From the human T2T-CHM13v2.0 reference genome, Homo sapiens, in NCBI RefSeq assembly GCF_009914755.1, contig NC_060928.1: DNA of 64,000 bases. The stretch is one strand, 5' to 3'. The notes beneath the pieces were generated by a model. It did not search any database and was not told where the DNA came from. It saw nothing but the letters and a program-made list of their open reading frames with translations. Shown here in pieces: positions 1 to 16,523 of this stretch. The translations under genes were made by a program, and so were the position numbers. The number at the start of each line of letters is the position of its first letter. The stretch's first letter is position 1.

Positions 1-152
1 CCCATCCAGAAACCTGTAGTCTAACTGGAGAGAGAAGCACATAAACAAAGGAGCTGCTATGATGTGGTAAATGCTAGGACAGACGTATGCACGTATTATT
101 GAAACTTGCCTTCTTTGTCTTTTACACCTAGACCAGAATTGGCAAATGCATG

Positions 153-966
153 TGTCTTAGTCCATTCGTGCTGCTATAACAAAATATCTGAGACTGGGTA
201 ATTCATAAATAATAGAAATTTATATCTCACCGTTCTTGAGGTGAGAAAGTCTGCTATTGTTTGGATGTTTGTCCCTTCCGAATCTCATGTTGAAATGTAA
301 TCCCCAATGTTGGAGGTGGGGCCTGGGGGGAGGTGATTGGATCATAGGGGTGGATTCCTCATGAATGACTTAGCACCATCGCTGTGGTGACGAGTGAGTT
401 CTCACTCGGTTCACATGAGATCTGGTTGCTTAATAGAATCTGGAACCTCCGCCTTTTCTCTTTTGCCTCTGCTTTCACCATCTGATGTGCCTGCTCCCCC
501 TTTGCCTTCCACCATGATGATGAGGCCCCCACCCAGAGCAAATGCCAGTGCCATGCTTCCTGTACAGCCCACAGAACCAATTAAATCTCTTTCTTTAGAA
601 ATTACCTGGCCTCAGGTATTTCTTTATAGAGGTGCAAAAATGGACCAACAAAAATCCAAGATCAAGGAATTGGCAAATTCGTTGTCTTGTGAGGATGCAG
701 TCTCTGCTTCCAAGGTAGCACCTTTAACACTGTGTCCTCATTTGGCAGAAGGAAGAAGGGCAAAGGGGGATGAACACTATGTCCTCACATGGTGGAAGAG
801 CGGAAGAGAAGAAATCCACTCCCTCAAGCCCTTTTATAAGAGCCTAATCTCATCCACAAGAGCTCTGCCCTCATGACTTAATCACTTCCTAAAGGCCCTA
901 CCTCTTAACACTGTCACATTGGCCAAAAGTTTCACGAATTTTAGAGGACACATTCAGGCCACAGCA
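153..966 (-). mobile_element. MaLR solo LTR (MSTC/MSTD-like), interrupted by a nested MSTB LTR
   Basis: Begins tgtcttagtccattcgtgctgctataacaaaata (reverse MaLR LTR end), ends ...cattcaggccacagca; flanked by near-identical 5-mers gcatg (148-152) / acatg (967-971). Confidence 0.75.
252..651 (+). mobile_element. MSTB-like MaLR solo LTR nested in the older LTR
   Basis: tgctattgtttggatgtttgtcccttccgaatctcatgttgaaatgtaatcccc ... caggtatttctttatag; flanks aagtc/aaatc resemble a 5-bp TSD. Confidence 0.8.
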
Positions 967-1616
967 ACATGACACTGTGCCATCACTCATATCTCCTATT
1001 CCATAGCAGTCATTCTTTCCCAGTAAATTTTCACAAGCCTTCTTGTGAAAATACAGTGTGCCACGCAGTTGCTACCAGTAACTGGAACGTGAGATGAAAC
1101 CCATCTGCCTCTCCGTATCTAGGCTTACATCTGCTAGTACCGTATTGGCAGATACTATTTGGGGTCTGATTTCTTGCCCAGCTGGAGATACATACAGAAT
1201 TCTTTAATTTCTGTTTCAGCTTTTTGCATTCCCTTTTAAGTCAACCACTAAGTTATTTACCATGTGAGGAAACCCAAGATCCAAGCTCATTTGCAGAGCA
1301 TAGATAACAGATTTCCCATATGCAATGAAAAAGCTAAGCATACCTCATGCTATCAGCTCCATTCACGTAATATTAATGCTAACTAATATGTTTTGAGTAT
1401 AAACTTAGATGCCATAATACCCGTTATTTTGCAAATAAAAAAACTGAGGATTAGAAAGAGCCAGGATTGGAATCTAGCGGCAGTCAAGGCTCAAGTTTTA
1501 GAATTGTTAACTGCTAGAGTGTTCCACCTTACTTCTCCAGATCCTGGAGAAGTGCAGCATTCCTTCCAGAATTTCTTGATTCTCTTCATATATACCATTT
1601 TTAAAAACTCATTGAA

Positions 1617-1910
<294 letters not shown>

Positions 1911-2404
1911 AACTCAGTGAGAGTAATAGGCTTAGCCAGGAAAACACATACAGGACAGCAAATTTAGAAAAAATATTAACAACTGGACATTCCAGGTGAA
2001 CACCCTGTGAATGTTCACTGTACTATTGCAACCTTTCTTAAGGTGTGAATTTTTTCAGAATAAAAATGTGGAGGCAAAAATGTAATAGACCTAATTTTCA
2101 CTGAGTAAAGAGGGTTTTTCTCATTGCAGAGTGTTAAAATAATAGATACCTTGGAATTATAATAGGACAACTTATATGTATATCAAAACATTTTAAAGAT
2201 CTTTGGGGAGGTGTTGGCAAAAATAACCTTAGATAATTTAATTATGATGATTAAGACACAGCATAAGAAAAATTCCTTCTATCCTTTCACTTTTGAGAAT
2301 TAGTATCTCCAATCAGAACAACTTGACTAATTGGAATAAATGAAAAGAACAGCAGCCAAGGCACTCAGGTTAGATCTAGAAGAAAAGTCAGATAGAAATC
2401 ATAG

Positions 2405-2727
<323 letters not shown>

Positions 2728-3546
2728 GAAATCATAGAATTTTAAAGGAGAGAGAGATTTTTCAAATTGTCTGGTTCAGCCTGCTCATTTTACTCACTAT
2801 GAAATTCAATAGCAGAAATTTTAAATAAACTGCACAAATTTCTGCAGCCTGAGAGTGGCAGAACTAGCCATTTCTCCTGTATCCCAGTTTAGAGTTTATA
2901 TCATTCTGATTCCTTTAGTAAGTGATGAAGAGCTAACTCAACATGGCTTATGGAAAAAAATTGGGGACAACATTATGGTGATAGATTTATGGGTTAACAT
3001 AACTGAGAAAAGCATACAGGTGTAGCTCTAATATTTGGAGTAGCTAGCTAAAAATATTCATCTCTCAATCATGTATTCTGCTGGGCTGACTTCATTCTTA
3101 TGCCCTATATGGTTGTCCTCCTGCAGTTCCAAGCTCATACCATCACAGGCCAATCCTGTAGACAATACTTTTCTTATAATACAAACAAAAGTCCCCAAAT
3201 TGAGTTTTATTGGCCCTGATTGGCCTGACTTGTGCCTATTCTTGAACCAATCACAGTGGCCATGGGAGGTGGGGAGAGTAAAATGAATTTAATTTACTTA
3301 GTAAAAGCCATATTCTCCATTCCAATCACAGACTGGGAGTGGGAGACTGGTCAATAAGAAAAGCTGGGGTATTGTTAACAAAGGAGTAGGTACACCTTAC
3401 TGCTCATCTGTGAATAATAAATGTGCTTTGCCTAAAAGAAAAAAGTAGGTACAGATAACAATAGCAAAACCCAACATTTATCCATAAATAACAGTAAAAA
3501 GAATAAAGTATAAGAGAAGACAAAATCACTTTTAAAAAAAGTTTGA

Positions 3547-3855
<309 letters not shown>

Positions 3856-4769
3856 TTGAAAGGACTGTCACCAAAAATAATAATAATAATAATTAATTCG
3901 TTCTTTTGTACTTCAGAAATGAATTAGGACCAAGAGGCAGAGGAGATAAGGATATAGATTCAAGTCAGGAGATGCAATAAACTTTCTAACAATTAGTATT
4001 AGTTATTTGGTAATTGAATAGGCAGTATCATGAAGTAATGAGTTTCCCATAGTTGGAGGCCTTCAAGCAGAAGAAGGGTGACCATCTACCAGAAATGTTA
4101 TAGAAGGGATCCTACATTGGGTGATAGCTTGCTATAAACTGCCTCTGAGATTCCTTCCAACTCTAAGATTCTAAATTATTGAGAACAACATGAATAAAAG
4201 ATCCAAACTCATTCAAGAACTAAATAATTCAACAAAAGGTAATATAACTTTCATCTATGAAGTTGAATCAACCAGACTTTGGGTGCCAGCAATCCCATTT
4301 TACAAGAAAAACAGATATAGATCTTTTTAAATGGTTTATTTTTAAATTACAACATTAAAATTAATTTTACAAGGAAACACATACCCCAGAGTCACATTGT
4401 CCAAAAAGCCATTTTAAAATTTTATCTTCCAAATTTGATCTTTTTGTTCACATAATTTCACCTCTGTGAGACTTATTTCCTAAGCTGAGAAGCTAAGTCC
4501 TGAATTACTCTTTTTACCTGCCTAGCTCCTGGGGTACAGGATAACTGAGTGACTCTGTTACTACCAATCTTCACTTTTTCACTTAACATTATATTTAAAT
4601 GTTTATCACATTGATATAAAATCTTTACCATTTTAAGGCTTTACATATTTGTGTTGGTATACCACAGTTTACTTAGGTGTTTTCTTACAGGAAGACATTT
4701 AGGCTACTTTCAGCTTTTCACTATAATTCTGCCTTGAACATCTTTATGCAAACAACTTTTTCCCCTTTT

Positions 4770-5075
4770 TGTTTTTTAATTTTTACTTTTATTTTAAATA
4801 ATAATTGTACACATTTACAAGGTTCAATGTGATGTTTCGATATATGTGTACATTGTGGAAAGATTATATCTAGATAATAAAGTTACCCATCAGCTCACAT
4901 ATCTTTTTTTTATGGTAAGAACATTTAAAATCTACCCTTTTAGCAGTTTTGAAATATGCATTATTATTAACTATGGTCACTATGCTGTGCAATAGATCTC
5001 AAAAAGTTACTCTTCCTGTCTAACTGAAACTTTGTACCCTTGGGACAACATCTCTCTGTCCCCCACCCCACCCCT
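4770..5075 (-). mobile_element. Old L1 (L1MA-like) 3' end fragment
   Basis: ataattgtacacatttac...aactatggtcactatgctgtgcaatagatctc...taactgaaactttgtaccc, typical antisense L1MA 3'UTR. Confidence 0.65.
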
Positions 5076-5470
5076 TTTTTAATTCTTTCCCAGGACTGGA
5101 GTTAGTAGGCCAAAGGGTACGGATATCTCTGTGGTTCTGAGTATGTACTGCCAAAAGAATGCTATCAGTTTTCAGAGCTACTAGCAATGCCTGAGTTTAA
5201 CCATTTCTCTAAAATATTGCTCACATTAGGTTTTATTCGACATTTTAAAAATTACTAACAGATATTAAATAGTGCTTAATTATTGTCTATATTTCCACTT
5301 TTTTCTCTAGCAATAAGTTTAAATAGCCTTCTCAATACTTTTTTTTTTTAATAAAACAACTGTTAATCTATCTTCCTACTGTAAGGAGAGAACTCAGCAG
5401 TGCATCTGAATGCAACAAAATCACACTAGAGAACGTTAATAGAGCAGAGAGGATAAAAATTAATTCCAAC

Positions 5471-5766
<296 letters not shown>

Positions 5767-6429
5767 TTAATTCCAACAGAAAGAGCAAATTTCTCCTTCT
5801 CCCAATCAGAATGGACTCTCTGGGAAGGCAAGAGAGCATTAATAGAGCGTTGTTTAAGCTGATACAGCTTCCTTAAACTGAAAGAACACTAAAGGAAGTG
5901 AGGCCTCTCCAAGTTTCCTTTCCTTGAAATTTACATCAATTGTGCAAGAACCATAGTTTCCTGGAATTTTGGTTCAGATTCCAAACATCTCAAAAATAAT
6001 TCCCTGTGCCCTGCTAAATAGAAAGGAAGCAGATGAAAATCATATGAGAAAAATTAAAGCATATAGGAAGCTTAGAATAACATTATAGTGTGTCAAAAAT
6101 CAAACCAACAAATGTAATTTGGGGTAGTTTCCACAAATAACTGCATTTGTTTTTCTAAGATTGTATTACCAATTGAGTCCAGAACTCTCTGATTTGCTCG
6201 TTTCTCCCTCTGGAAAGATGCACAAATGAAATAAGAATAGAGGAACATTAAAAATAATAAAGGCATGAAAGTGAAGGATTAAAAGTCCTTGTTCCCATAG
6301 CAACTGCACCAGCCACATTTGCACTAGACAGGCCATTCCTTAGACGTGCATCTGTTTCTTGCACTTATTTATTTCTGGGAAAGCACAAAACACACTAATA
6401 AAATCACAACAAAACTCCATATGATTTGA

Positions 6430-6680
6430 CTTTGGGAGGCCAAGGTAGGCGGATCACCTGAGCGCAGGAGTTCGAGACCAGCCTGGCTAACATGGCAAAA
6501 TCCCATCTTTACAAAGATACAAAAATTAGCCTGGCATGGTGGCACACACCTGCAGTCCCAGCTACTTAGAGAGCTGAGGCAGGGCAGGAGGATCGCCTGA
6601 GCCTGGGAGGTGGAGGTTGCAGTAAGCTGTGATCATGCTACTGCACTGCAGCCTGGGTGGAAGAGCGACACTCTGCCAAA

Positions 6681-6711
<31 letters not shown>

Positions 6712-6722
6712 AAAAAAAAAAC
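6430..6722 (+). mobile_element. 5'-truncated Alu with (CA)n-converted tail
   Basis: Starts ctttgggaggcc; tail is (ac)n then A-run; TSD act(c/a)catatgatttga. Confidence 0.88.
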
Positions 6723-7150
6723 CACTACATATGATTTGAGACCAACATGTTATAGTTGCCTAGGTAATAACAATCTTATATTTCCCATGGGAAACTGGCA
6801 GTGCTAGCTTTATGTGTATATTTTTCACATTGTGCAGCAGAGTGAAAACAGCCCTCTCCTCCCATAAGATTAGGCTGTAATCTGTTTAATGTCTTTTGTG
6901 TAAAATGCTAGATTTATTTAAAGAGGTGGTTCTCCAGATCTCCAGGAAAAATCAGACTCTATGAACAAAAGAATAACAGCTTAAAGAAAAACTCACTCAC
7001 TAAATTAAAGGTAAATGATATTAAGAAAAAAAAAAAAGGTTCTGCCTTCAGTCCTAGGTGGAGATCCAAGGATTCTGGCTACTCTTCGGTAAAAGTTCTT
7101 GGTTTCTGCCAAGAAAATAACACAAGAATTGGATTAAAATGAAGCTTCAT

Positions 7151-7246
7151 GAGAATAGGGACCTAGACCTGGGCCAAACGCCTAGTAGTGTTCAATAAGA
7201 GAATAGGGACCTAGACCTGGGCCTAAAGCCTAGTAGCGTTCAATAA
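7151..7246. repeat. Tandem duplication, 2 x 48 bp
   Basis: gagaatagggacctagacctgggcc(a/t)aa(c/a)gcctagtag(t/c)gttcaataa twice, 3 mismatches. Confidence 0.95.
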
Positions 7247-7614
7247 ATACCTACTAAAAAACTGAATTAATACACTTCTCAAAGACTCAAGAAGCCGGAA
7301 TCTACAAAAGACCAGACAGTATACTCTAAAGGAATTTTGTAAGACTTGTCCCCTAAGCTGAACAAAGCTAACCTCTGTATTGTACCTGCCCAGCTATATA
7401 AATACTCTGTGCCTTCTGAGTCCTCTTATATATAAGGAATTTCTGCTCACTGTAGCCTGATTGAAGAGTGCATAGTTGTTTGGCTTATCAAGTTGCCAAT
7501 CAAACGCTATGAGGGAGAACTTCAAAATGTGCCTTAGTTCATGGGGTTGGCAGTAAAGAGCTGATGTTCTCTGGGTTGCTGTATATAATTCCAAAGTTTT
7601 ATCCAAAAAAGTTG

Positions 7615-7915
<301 letters not shown>

Positions 7916-9058
7916 AAAAAAAAAAAAAGTTGGTTTTTATAAGAAACACTACTAATAGCCAAACCAAAATTCCAAGAATGAAAATGTTGCCTTCAGGGGA
8001 AAAAAAATGAGGCCCATCAGAAAGGCTACTGGGTTCCCATGGTGATATTTGTTTCTGATTGTATGTATATAATATTAAATACTCTTTTCTGGAGTTTTAA
8101 AGACTTTTAAGAAAGGGAATGAACCAGATTCATTTTCTTTCTAATTTTTGATATCCAACGGCATATTTTCTGGCCCCTAGAGAGATTGTTTGTGGAGGAG
8201 AGACAATCAGAGAGGGCATGTGTGAGAAACCATGTGTGAGAGATGGTGTGTGCGCGAGGTTGTATATGTGTGAGAGAGACTGTATGTATGTGAAATCATG
8301 TGTGTATGAGAGAGATTGTGTGTATGAGAGATTGTGGGTGTGTGAGAAAGACTGAGAATCTCCTGACTACAAAAAACAGGAAACTTCTTTAAAATAAGCC
8401 TATGAGATTCTGCCTATTTTAATTCCTTCTCTGGGCCTGAAAACATTTTAATAGAAGATCCCAAATAACTCTTACTCTTCTCCATGTGTACACATGTTTA
8501 CTTTCCATATTTACTTTTCTGTATTTTACCTGTACAATAACCCATCGTTTTCCCAATGTACAGATAAGGCATACACAGAAAAAAAAGTGATATTTTATTT
8601 AAACACCCTTCCATTTTCCTTGAATAAAATGGATGGAGTAGTACAAAAAATAATTATCAATTGGATATATTCCCCTCACCACCCACTGAGAAAGACATAT
8701 TCTTACCCAGTTACAGAAAGATACATCATTTGATACACCATCAAACGACCCAAGGCTCCAACAAACAACACACACTAGGAAGCACTCAACAGAAAGGGAC
8801 AAATACACAGACCTTCAGTGAGACACTAGGAAAGGAGGCTAAAGGAACAAGAGGGACAGTGAAATGTGTCTTCCTTGAAAAGGACGGGCAGATACTCAGG
8901 CAAGAACAGGGGTACTCTGCTGGAGAGTGTAACTGGGTGCATGTGTGTGTTTCTCTCTCACATACAAACCCACACACACTAATCTCTTATACAAATGCGC
9001 TCTCTCTTAAATATATGCACTGGCTCTCTCACACAAGTAATTTCTCTTTCACACTTGA

Positions 9059-9432
<374 letters not shown>

Positions 9433-9669
9433 CATACAATCTCTTATACGCAGTTTCTTTTATATAGAATCTCTCTCACACACACACACAAATCACGCTC
9501 AGCGTCTCTCTCACACTCTCTAACGGTCTCTTACGCACACACAATATCCCTCATACATACACACAGCCTCTCTCATGTACAATCTCCCTCATGCAGTGTA
9601 TGTCCATAGTTTTTCACACAACACCCTTCTTCTCTCAGTCTGTCGGCCTCTCTCTCAATCTCACACACA

Positions 9670-10600
<931 letters not shown>

Positions 10601-13525
10601 GAGCGGGTGTTACAATGAATGTCTTGACAGGGACTCTCCCAGAGCACGTTCTTCATAAATACAGATGAGATCAAAGCTTCAGTTAAAAAGTGGAGAGGCA
10701 AGAATATTGCTTTCGGTTATAAGAGGCCAGCCATAGTAAGGGAAAAGAGAAGTTGCGTAATTTTTTAAACTCTCTGAGTTTATCTCATTTAAATAAAGTG
10801 TGATAATGGGCATTATAACATCAAATATCTTAAAGATTAGGCAAAAGGTTTAATTTTAAAAATTGAATTGTATGTTGGATGAATTTTCTACAGCAAATAC
10901 AGTATTTAGACTTTCCAAATACCTGAGGTAAGCCGCTCTTTAGACTCACATTAAGGAGCAGGAATTCAAATGATTATTGGCCTTTATTACAGCCTGTACT
11001 GTTAGGACAATTAATACCTGTCTCTCCTCATCTTTCTTCATCTGTCCTTTCTGTCACGTTTCACAAATTCCAGTATCATCACTAAATGCATTAATAGATG
11101 TATACCTTACATTGTTTCAATAGGTTACTTAGGAAACAGAGTAATACTGTGTGGCACACAAAATATGCCTTAGCGTTAGGTTTGATCACCACGTGGAGTG
11201 TAATTTTTCATCTGTGACAATATAAGAGAAAGTGACTCAAGCAAATAATTTGGTAGCTTGTTCTTCGGATTCCCTTCCTAGTGGTTTTTCCCGTTAACTA
11301 TTCATTTGCTCAAGGGCTTGATTTCCTCTAACTTAAATTGCTTAACTGGAAAAGTGAAGAAGACAGCACAAGAATTCCTTTGGGGGTGGGGAGGGGTTGC
11401 ATTTGAGCAGGGGTTTCCAAAGTAAATTTTCAAATAGTTGTAAGGGAGCATATAAAAATACTTCATTTAAGCTTCTGTGTACTTCATTAGTATGATTATG
11501 TAGACATCACTAATAGTTGTGGTCTTTCCAAAATTGCTTATGGTACAAAGTAAAAGGATAAAACAAAAAATGAAAAGTACATCTTAGAAAACATATCACT
11601 TTGCATACCTGCCTCCTTCATTGAATGTCATGAAAGTTCATTCTCCTGTACTCCTTTGAAGTGTTATTTTTATCATTCTGTTTTTGCCTCAAGATTTATT
11701 AATGTATTCTAAGCCCCCATACACAATAATTGAAAATCACACCGGAGATAGGCATTTCCTACTACATTAGCACCAAAGAAGAATTAGTCAAGAAGACAAA
11801 AATAAGCAAAAAATTGGTGCAACCCAACCCATTGTTGTAAAAAGCAAGCTTTTCTGATAAAACGTTTCTTGGTAATGTTATCACAAAGCCTTGTTTTCTA
11901 GTTTTTTTCAAGTTCTGTAAATGAAATTATGCATTGCCATGTAATGATGGTAGAAATAGTATTACATGTGTAAAGATATTTGAGGAAGAAATGAAATTAA
12001 CAACTATGGAACATATCCCAAGGACTCATTTTATTTAGTTTTTATTTAGGGAGATGATTTTTGTTTGTCCTGTTGGTTGGTTTAAGGATACAAGGACTCC
12101 AGATTACAAATGGAATATTTTTGAAAGATTGGTTTCTAAGTTAATGATTTAGAACTTAAGGTGAACTTTTCCATGAAAACAATGATATAAACAGGAACAG
12201 AACCAAAACTAATTAGCTGGAAATGAGACAGAGGCCATCTTCCTGCCGTCTTTTCTACTTGGCACGCTCACTTCGTGTTCCGGAGTCATGGATAGCCTCA
12301 TGGGTATTGAGAGGAAATTAGAGGCAGGAGCTAGCAGAGGCGCTCCTTTTAACCCAGAAAAGAGCTATGGTTGTATGCTCTTGAACACCATAGCTCCAGA
12401 GGCACCTGACTTGTGCTCCTCTAGCTCTTTCAATGATTTTGTCAACACCTAATTTTCTGTATTAAGTCCCTTTCTATTTCTATTCCCCTCACAGAGTTTG
12501 CCCTTTCCTAATAATTTGATGGAGGTTTCTTTCTTGGGCTATTTCTCAAGCTAAATCCTCGTCCACATACATCCCTTCCTTCACTGATTTTTCTTTCCAC
12601 TTCTGTCTGAAAGGTTCATTCCTTTTCCTCAACCTGGAAAGCTCTTTCATCAGCTTGTTATTACAATACCAGAACAAAATGTATCTTTATTTTGTTACTT
12701 ATTTCATATATATATGAAATATATAAAACACCTAGTATTAACATAGGTGTTTTATTACTAGTTAAGATATTGTCTGCATCATTTTTAACAATTTGTCTTT
12801 AGATGCTACTCCATTTGAGCAAAAAATGAAGGTTCTTCTGTCATTCTGGCCTGAGTCTTTCCAGGTAGGGCGATTGACAAAGGATGCCTGGTTAAAATCA
12901 AGTCACTTAAGAAAGGAGGCCTTGGGAGAATGAATCAAGTCCTGTAGATGAAGAAACTGTGCCAGGTTTGAAATAGGATCAGGTGTCTAAAGAGAGATAA
13001 GCAAGGGAAAGAAGCAATTTCAGGGAATGTCCAAGAAACTGAAGGGACAGGACACAGCTATTCCATATATGTGTTGGTAATTGTGTGTATGAGAGATGAT
13101 CCAAGTATGTTCATGAGGGTGAATGCCAGGTGGCTTTATGTAAGAGTTTCTGTGCCCTGATGCATAGCTGAAAGGCTAAACATCTCTAGTCCATTATTAT
13201 ATGCCTTAAATGTCAATAGCATCTGCTTAGATGTGGCACAATGTACAGGTCACTCACAATCTGAAATAACCTAACATGACCCTCTTACCTAGAGAATAGG
13301 GAAGTCCCATTATCCTTAGATTGACTTTCGAATTATTAACTCTAGCTTTAACGTCTTTATGATTATAAAAGTAATGTGTGCTTTGGAAAATTAGAACTAT
13401 AGAAAGATCTAAAGAAGAAAAAAGCCTTTGAAATCCCACTCTGAGTAATATTTTGATATCAAATATGAAACTTGGTATTACTACAGTATATTCATTTGTC
13501 TATGTGTATATGCATATATACACAC

Positions 13526-13650
13526 TTTTTTTTTGAGATAGGGTTTTGCTATGTTGCCCAGGCTAATCTCAAACTACTAGCCTCAAGCAATCCTCCCGTC
13601 TCAGCCTCCCGAAGTACTGGGATTACAGGTCTGAGCCTCTGTGCCCAGCC
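13526..13650 (-). mobile_element. FLAM_C-like Alu monomer
   Basis: Single left-arm monomer preceded by poly-T. Confidence 0.8.
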
Positions 13651-13689
13651 ACACATGTATTTTTAATATGTTTTAATATAAATATAATT

Positions 13690-14890
13690 TTGTGTCTTCT
13701 TTTACAAAAGGTTGTGTCATTTTCCCATGTTATGGAAATTCTATGTGAAAACTCTCTTTAGGGCTGCCAAATAATTCATTCCCCTAACACCGCACATTGA
13801 AGTTGCTTCAAGCTTTCTTTTATAAATCGTGCTGTCTGAAAATATTTGCTTGTAAATCCTTAAACTTCTACCCTGGTATAGATTCCTAGAAGTAGAAGAA
13901 CTAGGTCAATGAGTCAAACTCTTTGAAGCCTCTTGAAACATCCTAAAGAATTTAATTCAAGAAAGGTTGTACTCATTTACACTTGCAGCACTGGTGTGTA
14001 AAAAGGCCAGTTGGAAACCATCCATGCCAGCAATGAACAATATAGTTTATAATCATTGCCAATTTCATAGGTGAAACTTCTATCATATTGTAAGCTGTTG
14101 CTGGAGAGGTTTACTAAACCATTCATATATTTATTAGGCATTTGTATTTCTTTTTAGTCATTTTTTTTCTTTTGGCATTATAAGGATATTAATCCCTTAT
14201 TTTCACATTGGCTGTAAATATTTTCTCTGCTTGCTATTTACTTTATAATTTTATTTATGTTTTTTAAAATTTGATAATGCTTTGAATTTTTATTAAAGGA
14301 ATTTTTTTGGTAATTTCGTATATACACACACCACTCACATGTATACACGTATCTCTTTCTATACATATTAAGAAATTTTTTCTAATCTTACAATCAGTTA
14401 AATATTTGCCTATGTTTTCTTTTGTATGTGTGCATTTATGGTTTAATTTTTTACTCTATATATTTAATCTCTTTAGAATGATTTTCTATATTGTATGAAG
14501 TATGGAGCTGATCTTTTTTTGTCCTAATCATTGAATAATGTACTTTCTGCCTTGCTTTATAATCTTTTATAGTATTAAGGATTATATTAAAGTCTGTATT
14601 AAGTTTTTATATTTTTGTTGGTATTATGAAAAGGATTTTTTCCATATCATATTTTGTTGGTGGTTTCTAGCTATTGGCTTTTATGTATTTCATTTTTAAC
14701 TGGCCATCTTTCTAAATTTTTATACTGGTACTAATAAATACTAGTAGCTCTTAGACTTGATTCATTTGCATCTTCTAGGTATATAATTATCCAGTTTATA
14801 GATAAAAATAATTTTGCTTCCTTTCAAATGATAATGTCTCATTTCTATTTCTTGCCTTTGGCAATGCCTAGAACTTTCAGAACAATGCTG
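13690..14890 (-). mobile_element. Highly degenerate old L1 (L1ME-like) fragments
   Basis: Antisense L1-like motifs (tagattcctagaagtaga, aaggttgtactcatttacactt, agaactttcagaacaatg). Confidence 0.5.
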
Positions 14891-15029
14891 GCTCATAGAT
14901 AAATGTAAGTAAATAAATGAAGGAACTTCTGTAACAGCATTTGCCAAAGTGTGTTCCATGAGATGATCTGTAAAAAAGAAAACAAAATGGGGGGTTCAGT
15001 GAGGGGGGTCCATGCCTTTTGATCTATCA

Positions 15030-15265
15030 GTAGAAATATGATTAACAGTACAGATTCTAGATCAGGGTTACCTGGGTTTGCCTTTTATTGACTGTAACTT
15101 TAGGCAAGTAACTAACCTCTCTGGGCTGCAGTTTCTGCATCTGCATAATGGGAATAATTGTAACAACTTCATAGGATTATTGGAAGGATTATATGAATTA
15201 ATAATATATGAGATGTACTTAGAGCAGTCTCTGGCACATAGCTATCTAGCATGTGAGTGTTAGCT
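15030..15265 (+). mobile_element. MIR SINE
   Basis: ctgtaactttaggcaagtaactaacctctctgggctgcagtttctgcatctgcataatgggaataat core. Confidence 0.75.
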
Positions 15266-15380
15266 GTTAGGCCTAATTTTGGACCAAAGTCCTAACTGAA
15301 ACGAAATCTGAGAAAGGCAATTTTAAGTTTTCCAGCCTCTGCAATTAGAAAACCACCTGAGGCGAAAAGCAGAACAGCAT

Positions 15381-15814
15381 TAATATAGTTTGGGCGTTTG
15401 TTGCCTCCAAATCTCATACTGAAATGTGATCTACAGTGTTGGAGGTGGGATCTGGTGGGAGGTGTTTTGATCATGGGGGTAGATCCCTCATAAACGGCTT
15501 AGTGCTATGCCTTTGGTGACAAGTAAATTGTCGCCCACTTAGTTCACACAAGATCTGGTTGTTTAAAAGAATCTGGGACCTCTCTCCCTCTCTCTCCTTC
15601 CCTCCCTCCCTCTTGCCATGTGACACTGCCTGCTCTCCCTTCACCTTCTGCCATGATTGTAAGCTTCCTAAGGCCCTTACCAGAAGGAGATGCCAGCACT
15701 ATGTTTCGTGTACAGCCTGCAGAACCATGAGCCAAATAAACCTCTCTTCTTTATAAATTATCCAGTGCTATATTGTCTGTGTCTGATTTTTTTATAGCAA
15801 TGGAAACTGACACA
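15381..15814 (+). mobile_element. MSTB-like MaLR solo LTR
   Basis: Homologous to 252-651; 5-bp flanks agcat (15376-15380) / agtat (15815-15819). Confidence 0.82.
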
Positions 15815-15960
15815 AGTATTCCTCAACTTCAGTGTGCATAGGAATCATCTCTTATTAAATGCAGATTTTGATTCAGTTGGTTTGGAGTGAGGTCTGAGAT
15901 TTTGCATCTCTACAAACTCCTAAGTGATGCTGATGCTGTGCCCATGGACCACATTTTGGC
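15815..15960. mobile_element. MER5-type hAT-Charlie MITE
   Basis: aaatgcagattttgattcagt...ctgagattttgcatctctacaaactcctaagtgatgctgatgctg. Confidence 0.7.
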
Positions 15961-16523
15961 AAGGGAATGGAGAATAAGCAAGTCAATATACTGTATTCAC
16001 CACACTTGCCCTTCAACATAGTATCAGTAATATATACATATGAAGTTGTTTAACTATTTTCTTAGAAGTGTATATTTAAACTCTTGGTAAAATATGAGAA
16101 GCCAATAGTTGTTCCCTAGGCCACGTTATTTGCTGTAGGTCCTACAGCTAACTCATGCTAGAGCAGACTAGAACCCAGGTTTCCGAACACCAAAGCTAGT
16201 GTTTTTTGTTTGTTTGTTTGTTTCACAAATACAAAAAGCACATTACATGATGGAAAAACAGTCTGACAAATTTTCTGCCCTACTTTAGATGGTGTAGTTC
16301 AAAACTAAATATTAGTTTATACTCACTTCCTTTCACGTATTTTAAAAGCAGTTTGCAAGCAATATTGTAATAAGTGCTATGAGCTTAGTTGAATTCTGCC
16401 CTAACTTAATCTCATCTTGTTCCTAAGGACATCCAGTCACTAGAGTAACTCAGGGAATAATTTTGCATTTGATAGGCATCTTTTGTTCATTTTTTTAAAT
16501 CATCCAGACTGGAACTTCTAAAT

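Noticed and set aside
394-876. 160-aa ORF
   Set aside because: Lies entirely within nested MaLR LTRs; no protein-like features
7151-7246. Direct repeats as a CRISPR-like array
   Set aside because: Only two adjacent units, no spacers, eukaryotic context
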